Source: Eledone cirrhosa (taxonomy: Eukaryota). From it: a stretch of DNA of 64,000 nucleotides. The position numbers and the translations under genes were made by a program. Below are positions 12,444 through 25,744 of this stretch, one piece after another (the stretch's first letter is position 1; every line of letters starts with the position of its first letter). Location of the stretch: contig OZ024753.1 of NCBI GenBank assembly GCA_964016885.1, forward strand, positions 9,486,001-9,550,000, written 5' to 3'. The notes beneath the pieces were generated by a model. It was given only the letters and a program-made list of their open reading frames with translations. It was not told where the DNA came from and ran no database searches.

Positions 12444-12784
12444 TCATTTCATTTCATTTCATTTTACGTCCACTTTTCCCTGCTTGCAAGGGTGGGACGG
12501 GAACTGATGCTGGCTTGATTTCTACAGCTGGATGCCCTTCCTAACACCAACCTCATTTACATTGAGTGCTGGGTGCTTTTTTGCCGTGGCACCTCCACGT
12601 CCACTTTACAGTGGAATGATAGGGATCCCAGTCCCTATCATCCCATTTCTACAGCTGAGTGAACTGGAGCAATGTGAAATAAAGTGTCTTGCTCAAGAAA
12701 ACAACACATCACCTGGTCTGAGAATTGAACTCACAACCTTTCGATTGCAAGCCCAATGCTCTAACCACTAAGCCATGTGCCTTC
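12444..12784 (-). mobile_element. SINE family A, full length
   Basis: Reverse complement of the 8022-8364 consensus. Confidence 0.9.
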
Positions 12785-12884
12785 ATATATGTATATATTT
12801 ATGATATCACAACAAAAAGTACCCTGCCCACACTGTAAAGTGGTTTTTGCCTCTTGAAGCTTAGGCTGAAATATAGGTCTCTAG

Positions 12885-12987
12885 TGTCCTGTACAGGGGG
12901 GAGTCTTGTGTGCTCAGTCGCTTCATGCCATAAAACTAGGACAAACACCAGCCGAATGAGCCTTCTGGCTTAAAACAGACTTTAGAT
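12885..12987 (+). mobile_element. SINE family D tail fragment
   Basis: gtcctgtacagggggagtcttgt...gagccttctggcttaaaacagactttaga, as at 23710-23830. Confidence 0.65.
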
Positions 12988-13392
12988 TAAAAACTGAACT
13001 GTTATTGCATCATTATAGAAATTAAAGTTTTTATTCTAAAACTGTACATTTTTACGATACTATGTTTAGATTCCAATTAACGAATTCAATTTTAGATATT
13101 TTCTCCTGAATCATTACATTCATTCTCCTGAGATAATTATATGATCTGCAATGTGGATAAACATGTGACAACTTCTCTAATGCAGGTGCCATGATAAAAT
13201 GAACCAAGTTCAGTTTCTGAGGTGGTTAGTGTTAGGAAAGCTATCCAGCCAGCCAATAGAAGCTATGCCAATTATAAAACGTATAAGCAAGATGAGATAC
13301 CTGGTTTGGGAACATGGCAACCTGCCCAACCAATACAACTGTGGAAAAGGGACATAAAAACAATGGCGATTGCAGGTTCTCACTGAGATATA

Positions 13393-13614
13393 TTAACCCT
13401 TTAGCATTTACATTACTCTATATATACTATTATATTTTCATGGTAAAGACTTTACCTCACATAATATCGAATCTATGAGATTTTGGTATTATTTATTTTG
13501 AGAACGAGAACAATACCTTAACGTCAGTATGAGTGACCAGTTACTGCAGGTTTGAATAGAAAGAGGTGAGAGAATTCTAGCCAGATATGGCCAGTTTAAA
13601 TACTAAAGGGTTAA
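13393..13614. mobile_element. Non-autonomous piggyBac-type MITE
   Basis: TTAA on both flanks; TIR ccctttagcattta / taaatactaaaggg (13/14 match); family copies at 17516, 40207 and 54565. Confidence 0.9.
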
Positions 13615-13755
13615 ACAGAAATAATTGTTACTATTATTGCAAGGAAAACAGGGGAAGGGAAAATTGATTCTACACACACACACATATCTATACACATACT
13701 CACACATACACACATCTATTTATAAACATACTCACACACATATATATAAACACAT

Positions 13756-14085
13756 GGAGGCACATGGCTTAGTGGTTAGAGCATTGGGCTTGCAATCAAA
13801 AGGTTGTGAGTTCAATTCTCAGACCAGGTGATGTGTTGTTTACTTGAGCAAGACACTTTATTTCACATTGCTCCTGTTTACACAGCTGTAGAAATGAGAT
13901 GATTGGGGTCCCTATCATTCCCCTGCGAAGTGGTCGTGTAGCTGCCACAGCAAAAAAGCACCCAGCACTCACTGTAAATGAGGTTGGTGTTAGGAAGGGC
14001 ATCCAGCTGTAGAAATCAAGCCAGAATCAGTTCCCGTCCCACCCTTGCAAGCAGGGAAAAGCGGACGTAAAATGATGATGATGAT
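13756..14085 (+). mobile_element. SINE family A, full length
   Basis: Same head, CORE-like segment and tail as 8022-8364. Confidence 0.9.
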
Positions 14086-14094
14086 ACACAAATA

Positions 14095-14144
<50 letters not shown>

Positions 14145-14448
14145 TACACGGGTGTGTATGATTGTGTTTAGAAGAAGATTATATTAATAAAAGAAATTCC
14201 AACTTTGTCTGATTTACTCGTTTTATTTACAATCCTTTAAAATTATAATGATATTATAATGAAATAGTATGGTAGAATATTAAATGTTAAATGTTAATTG
14301 AACAAGTACTTTCATGCTTTCGCAATCTTCAGGTTCATATTCAGTGGTGACAGTCAAGTTTGTATATATATATATATATAGTGTGTGAACTGGGTGCCTT
14401 TTATCATGGCACCAAAACGAGCACTTCCAGTGAGGACTGGGCAAGTTT

Positions 14449-14482
<34 letters not shown>

Positions 14483-14585
14483 CAGGAACGATCGACTTTC
14501 GTCAAATCGGACCGAGGGAACAATGTTTCCGTTGGTCTTTCCAATTGCTAATACTATCTATCGGTCGCAACTCCAGGTAGAAGGA

Positions 14586-14703
14586 ACAACGTGAAATAAA
14601 GTGTCTTGCTCAAGGACATAACGCATCGCCTGGTCCAGGAATCGAACTCACAACCTTACGATTGCGAATCCGATTCTCTAACCACTCAGCCACACGCCTT
14701 CAC
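14586..14703 (-). mobile_element. Related tRNA-CORE SINE head
   Basis: Minus strand: gaaggcgtgtggctgagtggttagag...gagttcgattcctgg...ccttgagcaagacactt. Confidence 0.75.
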
Positions 14704-15308
14704 TATATATATATATACACACACACACACAAAACTTGCCCAGTCCTCACTGGAAGTGCTCGTTTTGGTGCCATGATAAAAGGCACCCAGTTCACACTAT
14801 ACATTAGGTTGGCATTAGGAAGGGCATCCAAACATAGATACAAAGCCGGAAACAGTTCCGTATGAGCAAGACACAGTCATCTGATCTGGCTTGTCTCACA
14901 ACGAGACAACTCATTGAAACCATGCTAGCATGGAAAATAAATGGACATTAAATAGTGACGATGATGATGATGAAATTTCCATACTTAGAAAAAAGTCTAC
15001 AAGTAAAGAGGGTAACTGTGGACATGTTTCAGCCCCATTAGACTTCATTAGTGTAGTATAGTCTATTGAAACCCACTTTTATGAGTTGATAATAGTTTTT
15101 ATATATAGAAGAAGTAACATTTATATAATTAAAAAAAGTAATAGCATAAAATTAAATTGATAAGTTAAGGGTTAATGTGTTAAATGATGCAAATAAAGAA
15201 GTCTCAATTAATATTCCCCTATCAGTGCAAGAAAGATAACGAAACACTCGTGTGTCTCTACACATATATATTTATCTATCAAACTATCTCTATCCCTCTT
15301 TGTATGTA

Positions 15309-15368
<60 letters not shown>

Positions 15369-15440
15369 CATATATATAAATATATATATATATTTATATA
15401 TATATATTTTTACATATATATAAATATATATATATATATT

Positions 15441-15550
<110 letters not shown>

Positions 15551-15560
15551 AATATATATA

Positions 15561-15617
<57 letters not shown>

Positions 15618-15641
15618 TTATATATACATATATATATTTAC

Positions 15642-15673
<32 letters not shown>

Positions 15674-16260
15674 GGAGAGAGGTAGACAGATACACAGAAA
15701 CATACAAACATACACACACACACACACACACACATTCATGTGTATGTATGTGTATGTGTGTGTATATGTGTGTGTATGTGTGTGTACATGTGTGTACATA
15801 TTGCTTTGTAGTGTTTTTGTTGAAGTCCTCATGACAATTGAAAAATAGTTAATACTATTTCTATTATTATTATTATTATTATTATTATCATTATTGTCAT
15901 TAATATCATCATCATCATCACCATCACCATCATCACCATCATCATCATCATTATTATTATCACTTTGATTAACATTATTAATTTTTTTTTTCTGCTTCAA
16001 TAGATACTAGTTAGAGCACACAAAAAAATGTGTTGACTTTCAAACAAAAGAAAACACTCACTGAATACACACACACACACACACACACACAACAACAACA
16101 ACAACAACAACACACACACGCACACAAATATGTGTGTGTGTAAGCTCATATGCACACACACACACACACACACACATACACATACAGACACACACACAAG
16201 CACACACACACACGTGCACACAAATATATGTGTGTGTATGTCATATGCACACACACATAC

Positions 16261-16311
<51 letters not shown>

Positions 16312-16839
16312 CATGTACGCAGACTTTTCTTGATGAATTTCTTGGCAAGAGTTCAGCATCGCAGACAACTTGTGAAGGCGCTCTGCCAGCAATTCCTGTT
16401 CAATAAAACACTCAGCTTCTTTTTCAGATGGATACTTGCTACATCATCCTTTAACGACATAGGTAGGTTGTCGTTATGGTGACAAGATTTAAACATACAC
16501 CATGCCAGATGTCAGACCAGACTCCTACTTGCCATGAAGAAATGTTGTTATTGTAATGGTGGGGGTGGGGAGTGGGGGGAACTGACAGAATTGCTAGGGT
16601 TTCCGACAAAATGCTTTGCTGTTTATAGTTATGTCTCTTCTCTTTATGTTGTAAGTTCGAAATCCACTGAGACCAACAACGCCTTCCATACTTCTGGGAA
16701 CAACAACAACAGCAACATACTAATCGAATATTATGTCTAAGGCAACCACTCTTGTCTCCTATAAAAATAGGATTTGTTACAAATCAATCTTGTTGCTGTT
16801 GCTGTGTATATATAGAGTTAAGAATAGTTACATCTTATC

Positions 16840-17345
16840 CCTGTCTATATCTAGTTTACAATAGGTACACTATATACCTGTATATCTAGTTTACAATAGG
16901 TACACTGTATACCTGTATATCTAGTTTACAATAGATACACTATATACCTGTATATCTAGTTTACAATAGGTACAATATATACCTGTATATCTAGTTTACA
17001 GTAGGTACACTGTATACCTGTATATCTAGTTTACAATAGATACACTATATACCTGTATATCTAGTTTACAATAGGTACACTGTATACCTGTATATCTAGT
17101 TTACAATAGATACACTATATACCTGTATATCTAGTTTACAGTAGGTACAATATATACCTGTATATCTAGTTTACAATAGGTACACTGTATACCTGTATAT
17201 CTAGTTTTAAATAGATACACCGTATACCTGTATATCTAGTTTACAATAGATACACTGTAACCCTGTGTATATTTTATTTACAAAAGGTACACTGTATCCC
17301 TGTATATATCTGGTTTAGTAGAGGTAAACCATATCCCTGTATACT
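16840..17345. repeat. 35-bp minisatellite, about 14 units
   Basis: cctgtatatctagtttacaatag(g/a)tacact(a/g)tata with period 35 (16877 to 16912). Confidence 0.95.
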
Positions 17346-17515
17346 ACTACAAATGGAGTCACAACGTACAATGTCACACCATACTGTGTCACAACTTCGT
17401 GTCACAACATTTCACCATATGGTGTCAACATATTGTCTCAGTCGGGTCAAGTGGTTGTATCCTAAATGAAAGTAAGCGGCCATGCAGCCCAGGATCAAAC
17501 TTATAATACAATGCC

Positions 17516-17744
17516 TTAACCCCTTAGCATTTACATCACTCTATATTTACTATTGTATTTTTGTGGTAAAGGGTTTACCTCACATAATCATCTCGCATAA
17601 TACCAAATCTACAAGATTTTGATGTTATTTATTTTGAGAACAATACCTTAATGTCAGTATGAGAGGCCAGTTATGGCTGGTTTGAACAGAAAGAGGTGAG
17701 AGAATTCTGGCTGGATATGACTGGTTTAAAAGCTAAAGGTTTAA
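17516..17744. mobile_element. piggyBac-type MITE copy
   Basis: ttaaccccttagcattta...taaaagctaaaggtttaa; internal sequence as at 13393. Confidence 0.85.
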
Positions 17745-17799
17745 ATGAATTGAAACAAGAATTATGACATTATAACCATGACTAAGATGAATTCTAAAA

Positions 17800-17972
17800 T
17801 ACCATATTTCCCGGCATCGAAGACGCTACTTTGTTCCTAAAATAAGTCTCAAAAGTCTACCAAACGTCCTGGAGGCTAAAGATGGTTTATTATTTTTTTT
17901 CAAATTTTTGGTTGTCAAAATTAGGTTGCGTCCTCTTAGGACAAAGCATCTTTGGCGCCGGGAAATATGGTA
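17800..17972. mobile_element. pogo/Tigger-like MITE (Tc1/mariner superfamily)
   Basis: Perfect 16-bp terminal inverted repeat including TA: taccatatttcccggc ... gccgggaaatatggta. Confidence 0.8.
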
Positions 17973-18109
17973 TGTTAGAAAACAAACATTATAATTATTA
18001 TTGAAATATTTTCAAAATGTAGCATACTACTTTACATTTGTAATGATAGGGAACAACGTTATGTCATGAAAAATGGGATTGATGGGGAAATATTGTCTTC
18101 TATATCTTC

Positions 18110-18655
18110 TTAGGTCCCTACAAAGTTCCCTCCTCCCCGAGGCACAAGCCTGGGCAAGGTTTGTTTTGTGGAAGACCAGTAGTCACCCATGCATACCAGT
18201 GCCCCCTCTCCACGTCACCAATGATGTCTAAGGGAAAGGTAATGACCGATACAGCTTGGCACCAGTGATGTCACAACATATATACACATCATATATATAT
18301 TATATATACTCTATGTACAGTATATATACATTATATATACACTATATATGATGTTGTCCAAGGGAGAGGCAATGGCTGATACAGCTTGGCACCAGTGATG
18401 TCACAACATACTATATATATATATATATACTCTATACTCTATATATACACTATATATGATGTTGTCCAAGGGAAAGGCTATGACCGATACAGCTTGGTAC
18501 CAGTGACGTCACAACTCATTTCTACAGCTGAGTAAACTGGAACAACATGAAATAAAGTGTCTTATACCAGTACACAACGCATCACCCGGTCCGAGAATCG
18601 AACTCACATCTCAATTGCAAGCCCAATGCTCTAACCACTAAGCCATACGCCTTCT
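18110..18655 (-). mobile_element. tRNA-CORE SINE with an alternative body (family C) and internal triplication
   Basis: Family A head and CORE-like segment up to gctgtagaaatgag, then ttgtgacgtcactggtaccaagctgtatcgg...; that block occurs 3 times separated by TA-rich spacers; related fragment at 48745-48840. Confidence 0.7.
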
Positions 18656-18683
18656 TCTATATACAAAATGGATATTCATATAT

Positions 18684-19030
18684 GGAGGCACATGGCTTAG
18701 TGGTTAGAGCATTGGCCTTGCAATCGAAAGGTTGTGAGTTCAATTCTCAGACCGGGTGATGTGTTGTTTCCTTGAGCAAGACACTTTATTTCACATTGCT
18801 CCAGTTTACTGAGCTGTAGAAATGAGATGATAGGGACTGGGATCCCTATCATTCCACTGCAAAGTGGTCGCATAGGTGCCACGGCAAAAAAGCACCCAGC
18901 ACTCACTGTAAATGAGGTTGGTGTTAGGAAGGGCATCCAGCTGTAGAAATCAAGCCAAAATCAGTTCCCATCCCACCCTTGCAAGCAGGGAAAAAGCGGA
19001 CGTAAAATGAAATGAAAAATGAAAATGAAA
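18684..19030 (+). mobile_element. SINE family A, full length, (TGAAA)n-type tail
   Basis: Matches the family A consensus. Confidence 0.9.
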
Positions 19031-19336
19031 CATTCTTTGAGATATCTCAAAAGAAACATTTAACTATAATCTAACACAAAATCTAGTCAATTATTCCATG
19101 TTACTCTTAATAGAATCCACATCATATTGGAGACTAAGCTTCCCCTCTATCAAAAGCCATCACCAAAATATAATGGGATTGTTGTTGGATATAGGTTATG
19201 TATTACAGGAGAAAAAATTGAAATAAAATATTTAATGTCAGATTCCACCTCATTCCAACACATGAAAACAAAAGGACATTAATATTAACAGAAACAATGG
19301 TATGATGAAGGAAAATGGGGTTTTATATATATATAT

Positions 19337-19386
<50 letters not shown>

Positions 19387-19542
19387 TATATATGTGTGTC
19401 TGTATAAATAGATATATATCATATATATGTATATATATATATCATATATATATAAATACATATATATATGTATATATATATATATATGTAAATATATATA
19501 TATATACACATATATATGTATTTATATATTATATATATATAA

Positions 19543-19592
<50 letters not shown>

Positions 19593-19599
19593 ATATATG

Positions 19600-19679
<80 letters not shown>

Positions 19680-19682
19680 CAT

Positions 19683-19713
<31 letters not shown>

Positions 19714-19957
19714 CATATATATATGTATATGTATATATATATTATATATATATAAATGCATATATATATATATATATATACATATATACATATACAATAT
19801 GTTGAAAAGGTAACACACTAGAGAGAGATAGTGTGCCATCAATAAAACAGGGGAGCCACCAGTGTATGGAACCTATAACCTATGAAAGGCAGGGTAGACA
19901 CACAATAATTAAAAATATAAATTAAAATGTATATACGCACCTCTATAACTATATAAC

Positions 19958-20040
19958 ACACGAGTACAAATCCAAAGAGATCTGTTTCGCCAGGAAGTTG
20001 TTGACTGAAATGGAATAGCCTATGGTTCATCAGCGCGTGC
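19958..20040 (-). ncRNA. Type I hammerhead ribozyme motif with intact core and long helix III
   Basis: Minus strand: gcacgcg-CTGATGA-acca...tggc-GAAA-cagatct(cttt)ggatttg-TA-ctcgtgt; GUA triplet; helix I has one mismatch. Confidence 0.7.
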
Positions 20041-20266
20041 ATGACTATACATTCCAGACAACTCTAAGAGAATCTAAAGCGACCGTCCAGCAACACACGG
20101 CAGAGAGATGTCACAGCGTGTTTAGGGCAGTGAATCAGTGGTATCTGAGGGACGAGCTGCTAGAAAGGGCAGCCCAAAAACCACTCAAAGAAGTGTCCTC
20201 AACCAAACAGAGAGAGAGGAAAGACTGTTATAAGGAGCGAAATATCACGAAATATCATATAGTCTT

Positions 20267-20349
20267 GCACGCGCTGATGAACCATGGGCTATTCCATTTC
20301 AGTAAACAATTTTCTGGCGGAACAGATCTCTTTGGATTTGTACACGTGT
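20267..20349 (+). ncRNA. Inverted second copy of the hammerhead, core mutated (GGAA for GAAA)
   Basis: About 99-bp inverted repeat of 19951-20049 with about 7 differences. Confidence 0.6.
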
Positions 20350-20364
20350 GTTATATATTATCTA

Positions 20365-20653
20365 AAGTCTAAAGTCTGTCTTAAGCCAGAAGGCTCATTT
20401 GGCCGGTGCTTATCTCGGTTTCATGGCGTGAAGCAACTTAGAGTACAAGACTCCCCCCCCTGGACAGGACGCCAGTCCATCACAGGGTTAAACCTCCAGC
20501 TATTGCTGGTACTCATTTTCAGCTGAGTAAACTGGAGCAACGTGAAATAAAGTGTCTTGCTCAAGGAAACAACACATCACCCGGTCCGAGAATTGAACTC
20601 ACAACCTTTCGATTGCAAGCCTAATGCTCTAACCACTAAGCCATGCGCCTTCA
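20365..20653 (-). mobile_element. tRNA-CORE SINE with an alternative tail (family D)
   Basis: Family A head and CORE-like segment, then ccctgtgatggactggcgtcctgtccagg..., ending (agacttt)n. Confidence 0.8.
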
Positions 20654-20719
20654 CATATATATTTTCTTTTATATTTTTTTCTTTATTTGTTTAGTCGTAT
20701 TTATAATACTTGAATGTCT

Positions 20720-21700
20720 TTCTAATTCTATGGTTACATGCGATAATTAATTCCTGTCTTTTATTTAATGCAATGTCTTTCGATTTAATAATTTCAAAAA
20801 TGTCATGGGAACATAGTCCACACTCCTTTCTATTGCCCTGATAAGAAATGGCTCTTTTGAGAATCTTTCAAGTTAGGTTATAATTAATTTTCTTATTTTT
20901 ACAATTATTAACTGCTTCCGCTAAAGAAGTGGTATTATCTAATCTTGTGTTTTGAAAACTGTGGGTGTGTGCATAACATCTCGATTTAAACAGATTAGAT
21001 GTGGATCCAATATAGGATTGATTAGAGTCCTTAGTGGTAATTATACATTTATACACTATATTATTAAGTAAGCAATTTCCATTTAATGGGCAATTACTTT
21101 TTACTCTACAATTACAACCGTTTGTACATAGGATTTCAGATGTGCTTGCTATATTCCCAATAACAGTGCTAGTATTTGTATTTACATTTTTATATGAGAG
21201 AGAAGGGTTTGCGGTTGGGTGGTCATGGCTCAAAGGGTTGTTAGTTGGTGAAATTATAAGGGACATGGTTGTTTTGGAAGTTATTGGTCAGATTGGGTAT
21301 GTAATTCTTAGTTCCTATTAAGGATGAGGAAGATGGTAGTTGGTTGTAGGCTGATGTATTGTGTTGGTGAGGTGAGTGAGTGGATGTAACTGGTGGATAG
21401 GTAATAATATTCTGGTTATGCGTGGTAGTATTATTATAGTTAGTTTGTGTGTGGTGTGCTAGAGGTATACATGGAGCTTTTTTACATTTATAGTTGTTAT
21501 ATGCACTTATTTTTTGTTGTATATTGCTTGATGTGGAGTAAGAAAATTTTACTGTATATCTGTTTAAGATTTGATGGTATTTGTGGTTAGGTGGGAAATG
21601 TTTATCGAGAATTGCAAAAATTTTTTTAGCGATTTGGCCCATAGTTTGCAAGTTAAAAGGAACATTATACCATGTTATGTTTCTTTTATGGTTTCCTATT
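20720..21700 (-). pseudogene. Penelope-like element remnant: linker plus GIY-YIG endonuclease
   Basis: RNITWYNVPFN..IAKKIFAILDKHFPPNHKYHQILNRYTVKFSYS, then CNCRVKSNCPLNGNCLLNNIVYKC..SYIGSTSNLFKSR..H..SF; frameshifted. Confidence 0.9.
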
Positions 21701-22435
21701 GTTATATTGGGTATGTATAGAAGTTTGAGGGTAGATTTTGTTATCAGATGATACTATAATATTGTGATTGTTATTAGGGGTGTGAACAAATTGTTTAGTA
21801 GATTTTTGAATTGTATTAGTTTTTGATTTATTGTTTTTTGCTTGATTTATAGATGATATTGGGAGTTTTATTAATGATAACATCTTATATCTTAATTCTC
21901 ACAATAAACCTAATGATATATTGCCTATTTCATTGAACCTTCAACCTAAACAAACCACATCTTTACAATCCAATAAACCAGAGAAACATATCCAAACTAC
22001 TATAAATAACAAGAATAATACCCAAATACCAGGTCCAATCAATAAGGCTCCATTAATAAGAGTTAAATAGCATCACCAGCCTCACCAATTGGTCAAGTGT
22101 TGTGAATACAACTACATACCTGACATGACCAAAACCAAACAGAAAGTGGTGGAAGTCAACCAGGGAGAGGTTCTTCCAACAGGAGTGGGAAGGCCCTGGA
22201 TTGGCTTGAAAACAGCCGGGGGAAATTTGTGGGATTATTGGGGGTCAATGTTTGATAATTACTGATAGTTAGGGTGCTCCCATGAAGTTATTAATATTGT
22301 TATTAAGCAGTTCCCAGAACCAGATCATGCCCTCGGTCCTACCTTTCAAGTAATCAGCTAATATCTTAAGTTGATTTTCCTTTTCCTTCATATTAATATT
22401 AGTTCTTGCAGCCAACAGTTCTGATTTATATTCTA

Positions 22436-22964
22436 CTAGCAGTAAAGCCCGGCGTTGCTCGGGGTCGCTCAGTAGCTGTGTTAAAGTTACAATGTTAAGT
22501 TTCTTTTTTGGCTTAAAAACTGTAGTGTCTACTGTGCAGACTTGCATGTGGTGTTTTTGATTAATATTCCCTCAACCAACAATATGCCTTATGAAGTTAA
22601 GAAAACATAACGATAACCCGAATGTTATAACAAAAGAGGATGCTGGGGATAAAAACTGCACTGGTTATTTATTAACAAAGATCGAAAATGTAAACACTGC
22701 AACGCAGAGAAAAACAACGTAAGACGCTCAATGTAAACAGAACAAAGGGAAATAACTCGTCACTTACGCTAAAAAATCGATACATTAGATTCGATTTCGT
22801 CACATAGGGTGGGTCAATTTGAAATATTTTTTTTCCGATGTCTTCGCTAGGGCTCAATGTACAAGTATAGCAATTTCGGTGCAATTCCGTCAGAGATTCT
22901 AAGAGGAGATGTGTGCCAAAAATCGATAGACAGACAGACAACCACAGCTTTATATATATATAGA
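22436..22964 (-). mobile_element. Non-autonomous Helitron, 529 bp
   Basis: Minus strand begins TCtatatatatataaagctg with (CTGT)n and ends with hairpin cccgagcaacgccggg about 9 nt before CTAG; inserted between A and T with no TSD. Confidence 0.85.
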
Positions 22965-23564
22965 TTATCTTGAGATAAGAAACTTCCATCTGTGAGGCTT
23001 ATGTGTTTTAGACAACCATTGGGTGGTTTGATTATAAATGTATATTCATGGATTAATTATTAGGTGTTGAAATCAAATAACTCTTGTATGCTTTCATCAT
23101 ATTCAAGGTTAGTTCTTAGTCAAGTCAAACATGGAAATGATATTTTGAGAATCTGTTTCTTATTATTACTTATTGAATACATAGAAACATCATCTTGTGG
23201 GTCTTATTGAAATCTAAAAGGAAAAATAAAGCTTCTTAGAGGTTTTTAAATAGACCTTAATATTTCAGGATAAAATCCCTTCATCAAGAGAAGAGATGAG
23301 GGAACTGAGTCAATATAGGATAGCTTGTGTTGTTCTTAAGCTGTCCTTTTTAATCTGAAAGGGCAGTGCATTGGCAGTATCGGCAGAGTATTGGACAACA
23401 TGCTTTGTAACATAGAGTTACAGCCCTTTACATTCTGAGTTCAAATCCTGCCACGGTTAGCTGGGACAGCAAGCAGCAAACAGCCACAGGAAACAATGGC
23501 TGAATGCCCTTCCTATCACCATATACAGTAACATGTAATTTGATGCTGCGACAGTATAAAGATG

Positions 23565-23830
23565 GAGGCATGTGGCCTAGTGGTAAGGGTGTTGGACTTA
23601 CGGTCATAATGTTGTGGGTTCGATTCCTGGGTTGCATGTTGTGTTCTTGAGCAAAACACTTCATTTCACGTTACTCCAGTGTACTAGCAATAGCTGGGGA
23701 GTTTCACCCTGCGATGGACTGGCGCCCTGTCCACGGTGAAGTCTTGTACTCTCAGTTGCTTCATGCCATGAAACCGGGAAAAGCACCGGTCAAATGAGCC
23801 TTTTTGTCTTAAGACAGACTTTAGACTTTT
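23565..23830 (+). mobile_element. SINE family D, diverged copy
   Basis: ggaggcatgtggcctagtgg...ggttcgattcc...ttgagcaaaacactt...ccctgcgatggactggcgccctgtcca...agactttagacttt. Confidence 0.8.
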
Positions 23831-24248
23831 TGTAGACAGTATAAAGGTAACTTTTTCTCTTCTCATCAGTCTTTAAAGCTAAGAAAAGAATGGATTTTGA
23901 GTGGACAGAAGGCTTTCTAAATTATGTAAGAAAAAACAAAATGACTTCTGTGGATGTTTCAATCTGGTACCCAGTTGTTTGATAAATATAAAGTTTCTAA
24001 TATTGCTATCAGATCCTGTGGCAACTTGACTGTTCCTACATTAACGCTATTGATATTAATGTTGTTGTTGTTATTGTTGATGTATATGTTTATGTTATTG
24101 AACCTATTACAAACAAAGGTTGCAGCTGCAACAGTGGCAGTGTTGACAATAACTACAATAATAGCAGCAACACTGTTCTGCAATGTTTTACATCAGTCCC
24201 TTTTCTTCTCATCTTTGTCTCACAGCCACCTACCTGTTGCCATTCCTA

Positions 24249-24289
<41 letters not shown>

Positions 24290-24371
24290 TTTGTGTATGG
24301 AGTTCGATGAATATATATGTGCAATTATATGTATGCATATGGATTCATATATATATATACATATATATATC

Positions 24372-24714
24372 ATTTCATCATCATCATTTCATTTTACGTC
24401 CACTTTTCCCTGCTTGCAAGGGTGGGACGGGAACTGATTCTGGCATGATTTCTACAGCTGGATGCCCTTCCTAACACCAACCTCATTTACAGTGAGTGCT
24501 GGGTGCTTTTTTGCCGTGGCACCTCCACGACCACTTTGCAGTGGAATGATAGAGACCCCAGTCCCTATCATCTCATTTCTACAGCTGAGTAAACTGGAGC
24601 AATGTGAAATAAAGTCTCTTGCTCAAGGAAACAACACATCACCCGGTCTGAGAATTGAACTCACAACCTTTCGATTGCAAGGCCAATGTTCTAACCACTA
24701 AGCCATATGCCTCC
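24372..24714 (-). mobile_element. SINE family A (first of a tandem pair)
   Basis: Consensus match. Confidence 0.9.
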
Positions 24715-24737
24715 ATCTATATATATATATATATATC

Positions 24738-25070
24738 TCATCATCATCATCATTTTACGTCCGCTTTTCCCTGCTTGCAAGGGTGGGACGGGAACTGATT
24801 CTGGCATGATTTCTACAGCTGGATGCCCTTCCTAACACCAACCTCATTTACAGTGTGGGCTGGGTGCTTTTCTGCCGTGGCACCTCCACAACCACCTTGC
24901 AGTGGAATGATAGGGACTCCAGTCCCTATCATCTCATTTCTACAGCTGAGTAAACTGGAGCAATGTGAAATAAAGCGTCTTGCTCAAGGAAACAACACAT
25001 CACCCGGTCTGAGAATTGAACTCACAACCTTTCGATTGCAAGGCCAATGCTCTAACCACTAAGCCATGTG

Positions 25071-25073
<3 letters not shown>
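24738..25073 (-). mobile_element. SINE family A (second of a tandem pair)
   Basis: Consensus match. Confidence 0.9.
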
Positions 25074-25162
<89 letters not shown>

Positions 25163-25703
25163 TGTTTGTGTATGGAGTTCGATGAATATATATGTGCAAT
25201 TATATGTATGCATATGGATTCATATATATATACATATATATATACATACATACATATATATATAAGTATGTATGTATGTATATTTATTTCTGAAGACAGC
25301 ATATATATGTGTAGGTATGTATATTCCCTCTGATAGTTTGTAAAAATTTTACATAGATCTATATGATATACATACCAACACACACATATATATCCTAGAA
25401 ACGATCGTAAAATGATGAATTTTTTAATATAAGGAACTGTTTCTTTGTTTTTATTCATTATTTTTATTAATTTATCTTGACTCTGTTTTCCTGTGTTTTT
25501 CATCGAAAAACATTTTTGAATACATCTTCTCTTTTCATGATATTTGGATTACATTGAGTTCTTCATACGGATTGGACACTACCGTATATTTTGGTGTATT
25601 TATCTACATATATATATATATATATATATGTATACATACACACACACACACACATATGTGTATATACACACATATATATGTATACATATATATATATGTA
25701 TAC

Positions 25704-25744
<41 letters not shown>

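Noticed and set aside
16323-16462. Plus-strand exon candidate ending AG|GTAGGT, phase-compatible with another candidate at 671-752
   Set aside because: Weak acceptor and no recognisable protein; the minus strand ([19 protein letters not shown]) could equally be a decayed CR1/L2 C-terminus
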